In this document: positions 36,393 through 46,000 of the stretch, in pieces
Position numbering within the stretch: the first letter of the stretch is position 1
How the letters are laid out: each line of letters opens with the position of its first letter
Assembly: GCA_035289165.1 (NCBI GenBank)
Contig: DATDYA010000012.1
Coordinates: 1-52,112, forward strand
Origin: Patescibacteria group bacterium
Lineage (GTDB): Bacteria; Patescibacteriota; Patescibacteriia; Magasanikbacterales; GWA2-37-8
Direction of reading: 5' to 3'
Length of the DNA stretch: 52,112 bases
The notes under the pieces: generated by a model
What the model was told of the DNA's origin: nothing
The model's database searches: none
The model's input: the letters and a program-made list of their open reading frames with translations, nothing else
Made by a program: the position numbers and the translations under genes

Positions 36393-37787
36393 TTAATTTA
36401 CTACTTCCACCTCTTCCCAGCTAATGAGGTTGTATTCTGACCCAACTGGGAAACCGGGTGGTGGGTTATACGTCAAATTAACATCATAATTAGAATTCGT
36501 TATTTCATAGCCCGAGACTACTTGTCCGCCCCCTGATACCCAACTCCAGGTCCAAACACCAAAAGTGATAACCGAACCAAACGTCGTCAAACTTTCTTTA
36601 GTGTCTCCCGAATAAAAATACCGTTTCGTTGCCCCCGACTTGGCCAAAAGAGCTCCGTCTATTTCTAAATAATCTGGCGAGTTGTGTGGAATCAAAACAT
36701 CTTTTTCCCCAATCAAACCCAAAACATGATTACCATCTTTCGCCAAGTAAGTAATATTCCCATTAATTATTATTGATTCACCGGAAGCCGTTCCAATCGT
36801 TGCCCGACCATTAACTACCCCATCCACCCAAACTGTATCTTCAACATAAATATACCCATTAGCCGGTACTGGATAAGTAGTTGGTGAATTAGTCGTACGA
36901 ATGTCTATGCAATAAGTATGAAATTTATTTTCACCAGTATCCTTCCCCGAATAACAATAGGTCCGGGTTACCTTATACACCTTAATTGTCCCATCAGCTT
37001 GAAAACTCAATCGCCAACCCTCGTCACCAGAAGAAGTTAAATAAAGTCCGCCACCTTCATCGGCCCCCTCTTTAATCTCTGCCAATTTAGCCGTAACCGC
37101 CGTAAAATCTTTCGCCGGTACTGGATATCGCCAATATTCTTGCGGCCCACCCACACCCCAAATCCCTTCCTGGGTTTGATTACCACAACCATGGAATTCT
37201 TTACAAGTATAAGTGGCCATGGCGCTCGTTATCGGCGCATCACCTAAACCATCATAGCGAATTCCGCCATTAGCGTGAAATTTACCGTGCGTATATTCAG
37301 TATCGCCAATCCAGACATCGGTATTAGTCAAAAAAGCATAGTCAGTCAGAGCCGGAAAGCCAACCCGCGCTCGGAGTTTTCGTTTACTATCCAGTTGGGC
37401 GTCTAACCAGCCTGTAGATTCAATAGTTACAACCGTTGACCCAGAAAGTGGCGGAGTAATATCTAAAGAATAATGTCCAATAACATTTCCGTCTTTATCT
37501 TCATAAGCATGGACGTAGGGACCGGGGACCCCGGTGCCATCTTGGTAATCCGTTTTATTATGCGCCAAATGCCACCGATAATAATTAATCCCTGCTTCGG
37601 CAATCTGAAAAGCCATCTCTCGATTATGTTTAAAATTCGATGCCCGATTTTCCATAATCGCGTAGCTCACTATACCGGTAACGATGATCGTAAAGGCAAT
37701 CGAACCCAACACCAAAACTGAAATCAAAGCCTGCCCGCGGTGATCGTGGTAAAAATTTTGTAATAACTTTTTCAAATTTATTAACAC
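36393..37787 (-). CDS. pilus-associated protein with a PilX-N-like N-terminus (minor pilin/tip candidate)
   Basis: GQALISVLVLGSIAFTIIVTGIVSYAI...AFQIAEAGINYY resembles the PilX N-terminal domain. GTG start lies 1 nt after the upstream stop. Large beta-rich C-terminus. Confidence 0.5.
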   Translation of the reverse strand: MLINLKKLLQNFYHDHRGQALISVLVLGSIAFTIIVTGIVSYAIMENRASNFKHNREMAFQIAEAGINYYRWHLAHNKTDYQDGTGVPGPYVHAYEDKDGNVIGHYSLDITPPLSGSTVVTIESTGWLDAQLDSKRKLRARVGFPALTDYAFLTNTDVWIGDTEYTHGKFHANGGIRYDGLGDAPITSAMATYTCKEFHGCGNQTQEGIWGVGGPQEYWRYPVPAKDFTAVTAKLAEIKEGADEGGGLYLTSSGDEGWRLSFQADGTIKVYKVTRTYCYSGKDTGENKFHTYCIDIRTTNSPTTYPVPANGYIYVEDTVWVDGVVNGRATIGTASGESIIINGNITYLAKDGNHVLGLIGEKDVLIPHNSPDYLEIDGALLAKSGATKRYFYSGDTKESLTTFGSVITFGVWTWSWVSGGGQVVSGYEITNSNYDVNLTYNPPPGFPVGSEYNLISWEEVEVVN

Positions 37788-37788
37788 A

Positions 37789-38406
37789 TTAATTAGTCTT
37801 TAAATTCCTAATTTCCACTTTGGATTCAATCGAAAATGGCACGGGTGTATTATTTGGATCTTCCTCCAACATTAGATTGATTTTAATCAAACGAATTTGT
37901 GTTGCGTCAATCGGTAGAACCATCGGGGTTCCGGTGGCAAAAGAAAAACCTTCGTTATAATAAGTAAAAACCGGGTTCTCCCCATTGGCGACATCATGAA
38001 CAATGTCTACTACGGTCTCAGTCGCCTGACTATATACCAAAGGATTACCGCTGGGCTTAATAACGCCTTTTTTTAAGGTCGCACCCGCCAAAAAGTAACG
38101 CACCTTTTCACGATAGTTATCGGTATCAAGATTGGTATAAAAAATAATTGAACTGGTCGCGGCCGATTCAATCGGATAGGCCCCTAAACTAGAATAATTC
38201 GTTTTACGAATTTCATTGGTAAAATCATGGACAATTTTTCGACCCTCATTTTGTGTCGACAATTGTTCCCAAATAACATCTCGTGAGTGGTTACTAAATA
38301 AGAACAACGACACGGCGCCTTCTACCAACAAAAGCATACCCGCCATCGCCACTAAAGCTTCGAGTATTGTAAACCCTTGGTAATTGTATTTTAAATTTTT
38401 CATCAT
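37789..38406 (-). CDS. type IV pilin-like protein (prepilin-type N-terminal cleavage/methylation motif)
   Basis: MMKNLKYNYQG|FTILEALVAMAGMLLLV. ATGA overlap with the upstream gene. Confidence 0.7.
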   Translation of the reverse strand: MMKNLKYNYQGFTILEALVAMAGMLLLVEGAVSLFLFSNHSRDVIWEQLSTQNEGRKIVHDFTNEIRKTNYSSLGAYPIESAATSSIIFYTNLDTDNYREKVRYFLAGATLKKGVIKPSGNPLVYSQATETVVDIVHDVANGENPVFTYYNEGFSFATGTPMVLPIDATQIRLIKINLMLEEDPNNTPVPFSIESKVEIRNLKTN

Positions 38407-40220
38407 TCTTCTAGAGACATGTCTATCATGACATCACTCTGGCCACTGACCTCTATGATCCCAGTATATGGAGCATACCCACTCCGGCTAACTTCAATAT
38501 TATAGACTGTGGCCGACAGACTGTTAAAAAAAGCCTGGCCCGGTGGTAGACAGGCATTAGTAAACGTAAAGGCCAATTCAGATAAAATAGAGGTATAATC
38601 TTGGTTAGCAGTAGACAAAAAGACTTTGTAGCGCAAATAACGATTACCGTCGTGAATCGGGTTAATTACTGTGTCGACTAGATTATAATAAGTTCCGGCT
38701 GTACCATCCGGTCCAATATAATCCCAACTCGCAGGGGTACTCGAATTAGTGGTGGCAATCTGAAAACGAATTGAGGAGGCACCTGTTTCTACAGGCTGAC
38801 TCAAAGGCTCAAAAATAATATTGCGAAAATCCACACTACCGCCCAGGTCAAAAGTGGACGATTCTAAAATACCGCTTGGCACATAATCCCCGCCCGTCCG
38901 TTTTAGGGTTAAACTCCCGACCGGTGAATCGTTGTCTACCCCACTATCATCACTAAAGTATTTATCCAGAGTAATATATTCGTCTTGCCCGCTACCACCT
39001 GACCAATCGGTTTGGCGTGTATAACCCAAATCAGTGGTTTCGGTTTGGTCATAAGTACCATCATACAAACGAATCGTGGCCGAAGATAACGGCAGACTCG
39101 TACCAGCATCTTTCACTTTTACTAATAAAGAATTCGTTGTGTGGGGACGCAAGATAACACTCATTTCTTGGTTTTGACCTGGTTCAATATTTACCGGTAA
39201 CATGGGGATCGAACCGGCGACATCATAAGTTGTAAGTAAAGGCGACAAATAATATTTATCCCATTCAATCGTCGGGAAAGAATAATCTCCACCGCCATCA
39301 GTCGTAAAATCTTCATCCAGCTTATAAACATTTGGTTCAATGCCAAGTAACTTTTCCGTACCATGCAGATTCAATCCCACGCCCCCAATCGGGACACAGC
39401 TTGGCCCCATCGTGTGGAGATTCAAACTACCCAGGCGATCAATAGAAAAATAAATTTCTGTCACCATCTGGCTCGCGACGTTAGCTGGTAGCTTTACAGG
39501 GGTGGGTACCTCCGGGCTGGGAGATAATGTGTAATCAGAAGAATAGCCTTCTTTACTAGCTGTAATCTGGTACCCCATCGTGCTTGTTGGAACATCCACT
39601 AACTTTAGCCAACCGTCATTGTCCGTAGTCTCAGTTAAATCAATCACTGGATTAACGCTATTATTTACTACGTGGACATTAGCACCAACAACCGCTAAAC
39701 CGTTTTTATCAAATACTTGAATAAATAACGCACCGTTGTCGCTAGCGCCCTCCAAATTACGAGGGCCAATAATCGTACTTAAAATTACTGGCGTCTGTTG
39801 ACGACAAGAATCACAAATAATAGAAAATTCTACCAACTTGTAATCCGCTGGTGAAAGATCGTTCGGGTTGCCACCGATTGTGCCATCATAATTATCGTCA
39901 AAATTACGGACTGTGGCCGTGATGGTAAACGGCATGTTATTCCGTGTCACATTTTGCGTGCGCGGGATCTCTCCGGGCGGCACGCCGTTCACAATTCCAA
40001 TCTTGTCATAAACCATATTTCTTACTGTTTCAACCTGCTCGGCCAATACCGATGTCTCAACAATCTTCAATCTCGACTGGTAAACAATTTTAAAAACCAT
40101 GTTAATTGCCCCGTAAACCCCAACGACGAATAACAAAAATACCCCGGCGGCAACAATAACCTCCACGAGTGTTATGCCTCGTGAATTAAGTTTAAAAAAA
40201 TATCCCCCTGATTTGTTCAT
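38403..40220 (-). CDS. large (605 aa) type IV pilin-like protein with a prepilin-type N-terminus
   Basis: MNKSGGYFFKLNSRG|ITLVEVIVAAGVFLLFVVG, followed by a long Ig-like/carboxypeptidase-regulatory-like beta-rich region (VHVVNNSV..., IRLYDGTYDQTETTD...). Confidence 0.7.
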   Translation of the reverse strand: MNKSGGYFFKLNSRGITLVEVIVAAGVFLLFVVGVYGAINMVFKIVYQSRLKIVETSVLAEQVETVRNMVYDKIGIVNGVPPGEIPRTQNVTRNNMPFTITATVRNFDDNYDGTIGGNPNDLSPADYKLVEFSIICDSCRQQTPVILSTIIGPRNLEGASDNGALFIQVFDKNGLAVVGANVHVVNNSVNPVIDLTETTDNDGWLKLVDVPTSTMGYQITASKEGYSSDYTLSPSPEVPTPVKLPANVASQMVTEIYFSIDRLGSLNLHTMGPSCVPIGGVGLNLHGTEKLLGIEPNVYKLDEDFTTDGGGDYSFPTIEWDKYYLSPLLTTYDVAGSIPMLPVNIEPGQNQEMSVILRPHTTNSLLVKVKDAGTSLPLSSATIRLYDGTYDQTETTDLGYTRQTDWSGGSGQDEYITLDKYFSDDSGVDNDSPVGSLTLKRTGGDYVPSGILESSTFDLGGSVDFRNIIFEPLSQPVETGASSIRFQIATTNSSTPASWDYIGPDGTAGTYYNLVDTVINPIHDGNRYLRYKVFLSTANQDYTSILSELAFTFTNACLPPGQAFFNSLSATVYNIEVSRSGYAPYTGIIEVSGQSDVMIDMSLEE

Positions 40221-40226
40221 GGGGAT

Positions 40227-40235
40227 ATTATAGCA
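40227..40235 (-). promoter_or_regulatory. extended -10 TGCTATAAT placed 6 nt upstream of the ATG at 40220 (possible leaderless transcript)
   Basis: Minus-strand sense reads tttttcTGcTATAATatccccATGaac. Confidence 0.4.
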
Positions 40236-40308
40236 GAAAAACTAAATTAGTTATAGTCAGGCCACCCTTGCTTTTTCTCTAAACTCATGCTATATTTATC
40301 TGCGTTAA

Positions 40309-40340
40309 ACCCAAGCGGTGGAATTGGTAGACGTGCAAGC
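40309..40340 (+). pseudogene. tRNA-Leu-like 5' fragment (acceptor 5' strand plus D-arm only)
   Basis: acccaagcGGTGGAATTGGTAGACgtgcaagc matches the canonical type II tRNA D-arm and the D-arm of the complete tRNA-Leu at 40858. No matching anticodon stem, T-arm or 3' acceptor strand was found downstream. Confidence 0.4.
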
Positions 40341-40364
40341 ACAGGTTGACCTTAAACTACTGAT

Positions 40365-40853
40365 ATGGTACACTGTGCCCATATGAGACGGAGAACTTGG
40401 TCTAAACAACAACTAATAGAAGCAACCAAAAAATGCACCAGCATAAGACAAGTTCTTAAATTTTTGTCATTAAGAGAGGCGGGTGGAAACTACGCACAAA
40501 TAAAAAAATATATTAAAGAAATCGGCATAGACTCAAGTCATTTCACTGGACCCGCCTGGAGTAAAGGCAAAACGGGCATCGGCAAACCACGAATCCTTTT
40601 AAAAAATATTTTAGTCAAGGACAATGATTTTCAAAGTTACAAACTTAAAAAAAGGTTATTTAAAGAAGGATTAAAACAACCAAAGTGTGAAGAATGTGGC
40701 TGGTGCCAAAAATCAATCGACGGCAGAATCCCCTTAGAACTAGATCATGTAAATGGGGTAAGAAACGACAACCGATTAGAAAATCTACGAATTCTCTGCC
40801 CTAACTGCCACAGCTTAAAAACAACACACCGAGGAAAAAACATTAAAAAATAA
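40365..40853 (+). CDS. HNH homing-type endonuclease
   Basis: CEECGW...ELDHVNGVRNDNRLENLRILCPNCHSLKT. Ends 4 nt before tRNA-Leu(TAA). Confidence 0.8.
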   Translation: MVHCAHMRRRTWSKQQLIEATKKCTSIRQVLKFLSLREAGGNYAQIKKYIKEIGIDSSHFTGPAWSKGKTGIGKPRILLKNILVKDNDFQSYKLKKRLFKEGLKQPKCEECGWCQKSIDGRIPLELDHVNGVRNDNRLENLRILCPNCHSLKTTHRGKNIKK

Positions 40854-40857
40854 AAAT

Positions 40858-40942
40858 GGTCCGATGGTGGAACTGGTATACACGCGACACTTAAAATGTC
40901 GTGCCGCAAGGCATGTGGGTTCGATTCCCACTCGGACCACCA
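40858..40942 (+). tRNA. tRNA-Leu (anticodon TAA), type II, with CCA encoded
   Basis: GGTCCGATGGTGGAACTGGTATACACGCGACA-CTTAAAA-TGTCGTGCCGCAAGGCATGTGGGTTCGATTCCCACTCGGACCACCA. Confidence 0.9.
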
Positions 40943-40975
40943 AAAAATACAGTCTTTAAAGACTGTATTTTATTT
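40943..40975. terminator. bidirectional terminator hairpin
   Basis: aaaaaatacagtctt-taaa-gactgtatttt, between the tRNA and the convergent ORF ending at 40987. Confidence 0.7.
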
Positions 40976-40986
40976 CTTTACTCTCA

Positions 40987-41316
40987 CTATTCGAGGTTGG
41001 CTCGCCTTACCATTTCTTTAAAATCTCTAAACTCTTCCTTGTTAAACCCAACCACTCTAGTACTCAACAAGCTCTTTTCGAACATTTCAAAATCCACTCT
41101 TGCTACCCGGCTAACCTTTTGTTGTCGCGTACTCACCTCATGGACTACTTCTCTTCTTGCGTAACGATTAAACAATACCCGCCATTCCTCAATCGTATGT
41201 TTTCCAACTAGATCTCGGACTTCTATTAAACCAGGTTTTTTGTGTTCAACAATTAAAGACACTGGTTCTTTAGGTGGCTTAACTAACTCTTCTGGGTGAA
41301 ATCGTTCTAAAACCAT
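40987..41316 (-). CDS. hypothetical protein (109 aa)
   Basis: ORF with ATG start. No family recognised. Confidence 0.45.
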   Translation of the reverse strand: MVLERFHPEELVKPPKEPVSLIVEHKKPGLIEVRDLVGKHTIEEWRVLFNRYARREVVHEVSTRQQKVSRVARVDFEMFEKSLLSTRVVGFNKEEFRDFKEMVRRANLE

Positions 41317-41331
41317 ATAAGCAATTTAATT

Positions 41332-41901
41332 TTAAACAATTATTTCCTCTTCGCCTAATTTAAAATTTACCCATCGAGCGGTTGCAAATAAAAAATCGCT
41401 CAAACGATTGAGATATTTATACAATTCTGGCCGTACATCCTTCTCTTTCCCCAAAGCCACCAGCTCTCGTTCCGTCCGACGACAAATAGTTCGTGCTTCG
41501 TGTAAATACGCCCCCAACAAGCTCCCGCCAGGTAGGATAAAATTCTTGAGCGGAGTCATTTCCCCCCACATAGCGTCAATTTTCTTTTCCATTGTCTCGA
41601 CTTGTAAAATTCCGATCACTTTAATATTCCCGGACTTCAAGAGCTCGCTTTGCAAAGAAACCAGTTCTGCTCCGACCTTAAATAGGTCTCTCTGGACGTC
41701 TTGCATATACAAGCGAAGTTCTTTCAAAAATTCATTTTCCGTTTCCAGCTTTTGCATCTGGGCTACTGCCACGCCTAAAACCGCGTTGAGCTCGTCAACA
41801 TCCCCTACAGTTTGGAGGCTAATACAATCTTTGGTGACCCGCTCCCCACTTAAAAGCGAAGTTTTACCTTCGTCGCCGGTTTTGGTATAGATTGGAGACA
41901 T
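41332..41901 (-). CDS. PduO-type ATP:cob(I)alamin adenosyltransferase
   Basis: IYTKTGDEGKTSLLSGERVTKD N-terminus and a four-helix-bundle-type sequence. 189 aa. Confidence 0.85.
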   Translation of the reverse strand: MSPIYTKTGDEGKTSLLSGERVTKDCISLQTVGDVDELNAVLGVAVAQMQKLETENEFLKELRLYMQDVQRDLFKVGAELVSLQSELLKSGNIKVIGILQVETMEKKIDAMWGEMTPLKNFILPGGSLLGAYLHEARTICRRTERELVALGKEKDVRPELYKYLNRLSDFLFATARWVNFKLGEEEIIV

Positions 41902-41931
41902 ATATTTAAAATTTAAAAATAAGTTATATTG

Positions 41932-42954
41932 CTATAATGCTCTTTTAATCATAAACGTAACATTCGGATTGGCATTTTCATAGGTAATTTTCTTATCAGG
42001 GTTATTATTCTGCCAGACACGAAATATCTCATCAGCGAAAGATTGGCCGACTGTTTCAACATTTTGAAAATCTAAGGTAATCTCACTAAACTTTTCTAAT
42101 CCTAATAGAATTCTTCTCGCCTCAGAACGAGACAAAAGATTGCGACTAATTTTATATAATTTAACCTTGACCTTCGTCTTAAAAAATTCATACTCTTCGT
42201 TAGTGTACTCACGAAAAACATCTTCAGCTATTCTATTACTTTCTAACGAAATAGCAAAAATAATCATTGTACCTTTTTGTGTTTTCTTGTCTTCAAGGAA
42301 CAAATCGGGAATCAGGTTGTTAAATAAAACCACCTTACCACTACTTTTAATTGTAAAGGCATCCGCCATTTTAGAAGTAAAGAAAATACCCTGACCAGAA
42401 TGGTGCTCTGGGTCAGTGGTCTGTTTGCCTTTCAAGAGCTGTTGTACAGCTGATAAAATATCTGGTAGACCAAATTTATTTTTTATATGTTCAAAAATCC
42501 CCACACCATCATCGTGGACAGAAAAAATTAAAACATCATTCGATCTGGAAAAGGACACCTTAAAATTACTACCACCAGAATGTTCAATGGCATTATTTAC
42601 CATCTCCAAAAAGGCGTATTCGATAATATTTCGCACGTTATCTTTTAGGCCTAATACTACCCCCGAATTCTGCTTTACTTCTTGTAGCACGTTTTCTTCG
42701 CTCTGATTACCGACTGTAAAAGACCTGTTGAATACGTTTACTTTTTCTTTTTCTTTTCCCCAGCTTTCTTTATTGGCTAAAACATACCGCGCCTGATTAG
42801 TACTACCCAAAAGAGCAATCTTACCCTCAATCCTCAACGCTTGAAAAAAACGATTAACATAACCCCGCGATAAGCCAGTTTGCGAAACAATCTCCTTAGA
42901 CTCTACAGAGCCTTTTTGTTTAATTTTCTCTATAATTAGCTCTTTTATATCCAT
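41932..42954 (-). CDS. regulator-like protein: N-terminal wHTH, GHKL/HATPase-like segment and a C-terminal STAS-like (DUF4325-type) domain
   Basis: SKEIVSQTGLSRGYVNRFFQALRIEGKI (HTH), EMVNNAIEHSGG (ATPase N-box-like) and C-terminal LDFQNVETVGQSFADEIFRV. I prefer the ATG at 42954 (MDIKEL) over the track start at 43014, which lies in the palindrome. Confidence 0.55.
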   Translation of the reverse strand: MDIKELIIEKIKQKGSVESKEIVSQTGLSRGYVNRFFQALRIEGKIALLGSTNQARYVLANKESWGKEKEKVNVFNRSFTVGNQSEENVLQEVKQNSGVVLGLKDNVRNIIEYAFLEMVNNAIEHSGGSNFKVSFSRSNDVLIFSVHDDGVGIFEHIKNKFGLPDILSAVQQLLKGKQTTDPEHHSGQGIFFTSKMADAFTIKSSGKVVLFNNLIPDLFLEDKKTQKGTMIIFAISLESNRIAEDVFREYTNEEYEFFKTKVKVKLYKISRNLLSRSEARRILLGLEKFSEITLDFQNVETVGQSFADEIFRVWQNNNPDKKITYENANPNVTFMIKRAL

Positions 42955-42958
42955 ATAA

Positions 42959-43023
42959 GTAGACAAGTTGTATACAAGTTTAATAATAACACATAATACT
43001 AAACTTGTCAACAACTTGTCTAC
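42959..43023. promoter_or_regulatory. 65-bp imperfect palindrome with four ACAAGTT half-sites enclosing a TTGACA-17-TATTAT promoter
   Basis: Minus-strand sense reads gtagACAAGTTgtTGACAAGTTtagtattatgtgttattattaAACTTGTatacAACTTGTctac, ending 4 nt before the ATG at 42954. Confidence 0.5.
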
Positions 43024-43050
43024 AAAAAACGCCTGGTTTTACCCAGGCGT
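43024..43050 (-). terminator. intrinsic terminator of nrdJ
   Basis: acgcctgg / ccaggcgt 8-bp stem followed by TTTTTT on the minus strand. Confidence 0.75.
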
Positions 43051-43075
43051 CAAGCATCGAATTTATGTCTTCTAC

Positions 43076-46000
43076 TTAGCTACAACCAGTAGTACTACCA
43101 CAGTTAAGACATTTATAACAACTGCCATTGCGAATCGTAATATGCCCGCAAGTTGGACAGGGTGGCGCGTCCCCCATCATTCCAGAGAGTTGTTTATCTA
43201 TAGCCTCGCCATCAATTTTCTCTTCAGTAATACTTGGCAAAACTGGTTGCTCATCGGTCGCCACTTCGGGAAGTTTATCACCTACTGTTTCCACTTTGTC
43301 CCCCAAAGGCATCGCCTTTTGCTCAACATTCGCTAGCGCCGCCATGTGTTCGGCCCGGTTCTTTTGAATACCAGTTGGTTTGACCTGAACGAAATCTGTC
43401 CGGCCAAGATACTCCATACCAAGTACCCGGAAGACGAAATCAACAATCGAAGTGGAAAATTTAATATTCGGATGGTCAGCCATACCGCTTGGTTCAAAAC
43501 GGGTGAAGGTAAATTTTTCAACATATTCTTCCAGGGGAACGCCGTATTGTAAACCCGTAGAAATAGAGATGGCGAATAGATTCAAAAGACTACGGAAAGA
43601 AGCTCCCTCTTTATACATATCAATAAACACCTCACCCAAACGGCCATCCGGATATTCACCAGTACGAAGGAATATTTTTTGTCCGCCCACTTTCGCCTTA
43701 ATCGTTAACCCGCTTCGCTTATATGGCATCTTACGTTGTTCACCATGAATGTAGATCTTTGTTCCTTGGCTTGTGCCATCGTGGGCATACTTCACCTGGG
43801 CATTTTCACTAGATACGGCTTGCTGGATGTCGCCGTTCTCTCCACTAAATAAAACGTAGTTATGTCCAACCGGCGCCTTAACTTCTGGTGTTTTAATTGG
43901 AGTCTTGTCTTCAACAACTTCTTTCTTTTCTTCCTTTGCTTCGGCTTTTTCTTGGCCACTATCTTTACTCTTTGAAGAAAGCGGCTGGGATAATTTACAA
44001 CCATCGCGATAAATAGCAATCGCTTTCAATCCTAATTTCCAGGAAGCAACATAGGCAATTTTTACATCCTCAATCGTCGCCTCGTTCGCCATGTTAATAG
44101 TTTTTGAAATTGCTCCAGATAAGAAAGGTTGAACAGCAGCCATCATGCGGATATGGCCTAGATAATGGATATATCTTTGACCTTTTTTACCATTTTTGTT
44201 AGCGGTATCGAAAACAGCATAATGTTCCTTTCGTAAATGAGGGGCGCCTTCAATTGTCATTGCTCCGCAAACATATTCATTCGCTAGATTTATTTCATCA
44301 TTAGTAAATCCAAGAGCAGTGAGCAAATTAAAGTTAGGATCATTATATTGTTCGCTGGTAAACCCAAGTCGCTTTAGAGTATCTTCTCCAAAAGTCCAGA
44401 CATTAAAGGCAAACTGTAATTCAAATACTGACACTAATCCTTTCTCCAACTTAGTAATATCTTCATGAGTAAATCCCTTGGCCTTCAAAGCCTCGTGGCT
44501 TAAAGCCGGAGAACCTCTTAGGGTACCATGGCCCTTCAAATATTTAACAACGTCTTCTACTTCTTTACTATTGTAACCTAAAGTCTTCAAGGCAGTTGGC
44601 ACCGCTTCGTTTACAATTTTAAAATAACCGCCGCCGGCTAATTTCTTAAATTTAACTAACGCAAAATCTGGTTCCACACCCGTTGTTGCACAATCCATTA
44701 ACAATCCAATGGTGCCAGTCGGCGCCAACAAGGTTGTCTGGGCGTTTCTAAAACCATATTTTTCCCCCATTGCCAAAGCTTCGTTCCAAGCCTCGCGGGC
44801 CGCGGCTAATAAATATGCTGGGGCATATTCTGGACTAATCGGCATTGGTCTAACAGCCAACTCCTCATACTCTTCTTCCGGCGCGCTAAAAGCGGCGCGT
44901 CGATGATTTCTAATAACTCGTAACATTGCCTCGCGGTTCAAATTATACTTGGGGAACGGACTAATGGCACGGGCGATCTCGGCCGAAGTCTCGTATGACT
45001 CGGCCGTCATGAGCGCCGTAACACTACCAGCAAAAGCCAGAGCCTCGGGAGAATCATAAGGAATACCGGCGGTCATGAGAACACTGCCAATATTAGCATA
45101 GCCCAAACCTAAAGTACGGAAGTCATAACTATTTTGAGCAATTTCCGCGCTTGGATATTGCGCCATTAAAACGCTAATTTCTAAAACTAGAGTCCAAATA
45201 CGCGTTGTTTGTTTAAATCCATCAATGTCAAAGGTGGCGGTTTCCGAATCATAATAATGAGCGAGATTAATCGAGGCAAGATTACAAGCAGTGTCGTCTA
45301 GGAACATATACTCTGAACACGGATTCGAACCATTAATCTTCCCCGAATTAGGACAGGTATGCCACTCATTAATAGTGGTATCAAATTGGACGCCTGGGTC
45401 AGCACAAGTCCAAGCTGCACTCGTTATCTTGTCCCATAAATATCTAGCCTTTAATTTTTTCATCTCTTTACCATCAGTCCGAGAAAGTAAAGACCAGCCG
45501 TTATCATTCTCCACTGACTCCAAATACTGTTGGGAAACACGTACAGAATTGTTAGAATTTTGCCCGGAAACTGTTTGGTAGGCCTCACCCTCATAAGCGG
45601 ATTCATAACCGGCTGCTAACAAAGCCGCCACCTTCTTTTCTTCTCCTACTTTCCAGTCAATAAATTCTTCAATATCCGGGTGATCGATGTTTAAAATAAC
45701 CATCTTGGCGGCGCGACGTGTAGTACCGCCAGATTTAATTGCGCCAGCGGCTCGATCGCCAATTTTCAACCAACTCATAAGACCAGATGAACGACCACCG
45801 CCCGAGAGTTTTTCATTTTTCCCCCGTAAACTGGAAAAATTAGTACCTGTCCCGCTACCATATTTAAACAATCGCGCTTCTCGTACCCACAAATCCATAA
45901 TACCACCTTCGTTAACCAAATCATCTTTTACTGACTGAATAAAACAAGCATGCGGTTGCGGATGAGTATAAGAATCTTGAGAGCGCGTCAGTACTCCAGT

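Noticed and set aside
40309-40942. A single tRNA-Leu gene interrupted by a group I intron carrying the HNH ORF, as in the cyanobacterial tRNA-Leu(UAA) intron.
   Set aside because: The tRNA at 40858-40942 is complete on its own. No AAGATATAGTC-type group I core is present between 40340 and 40858, and no 3' half complements the 40309 fragment.
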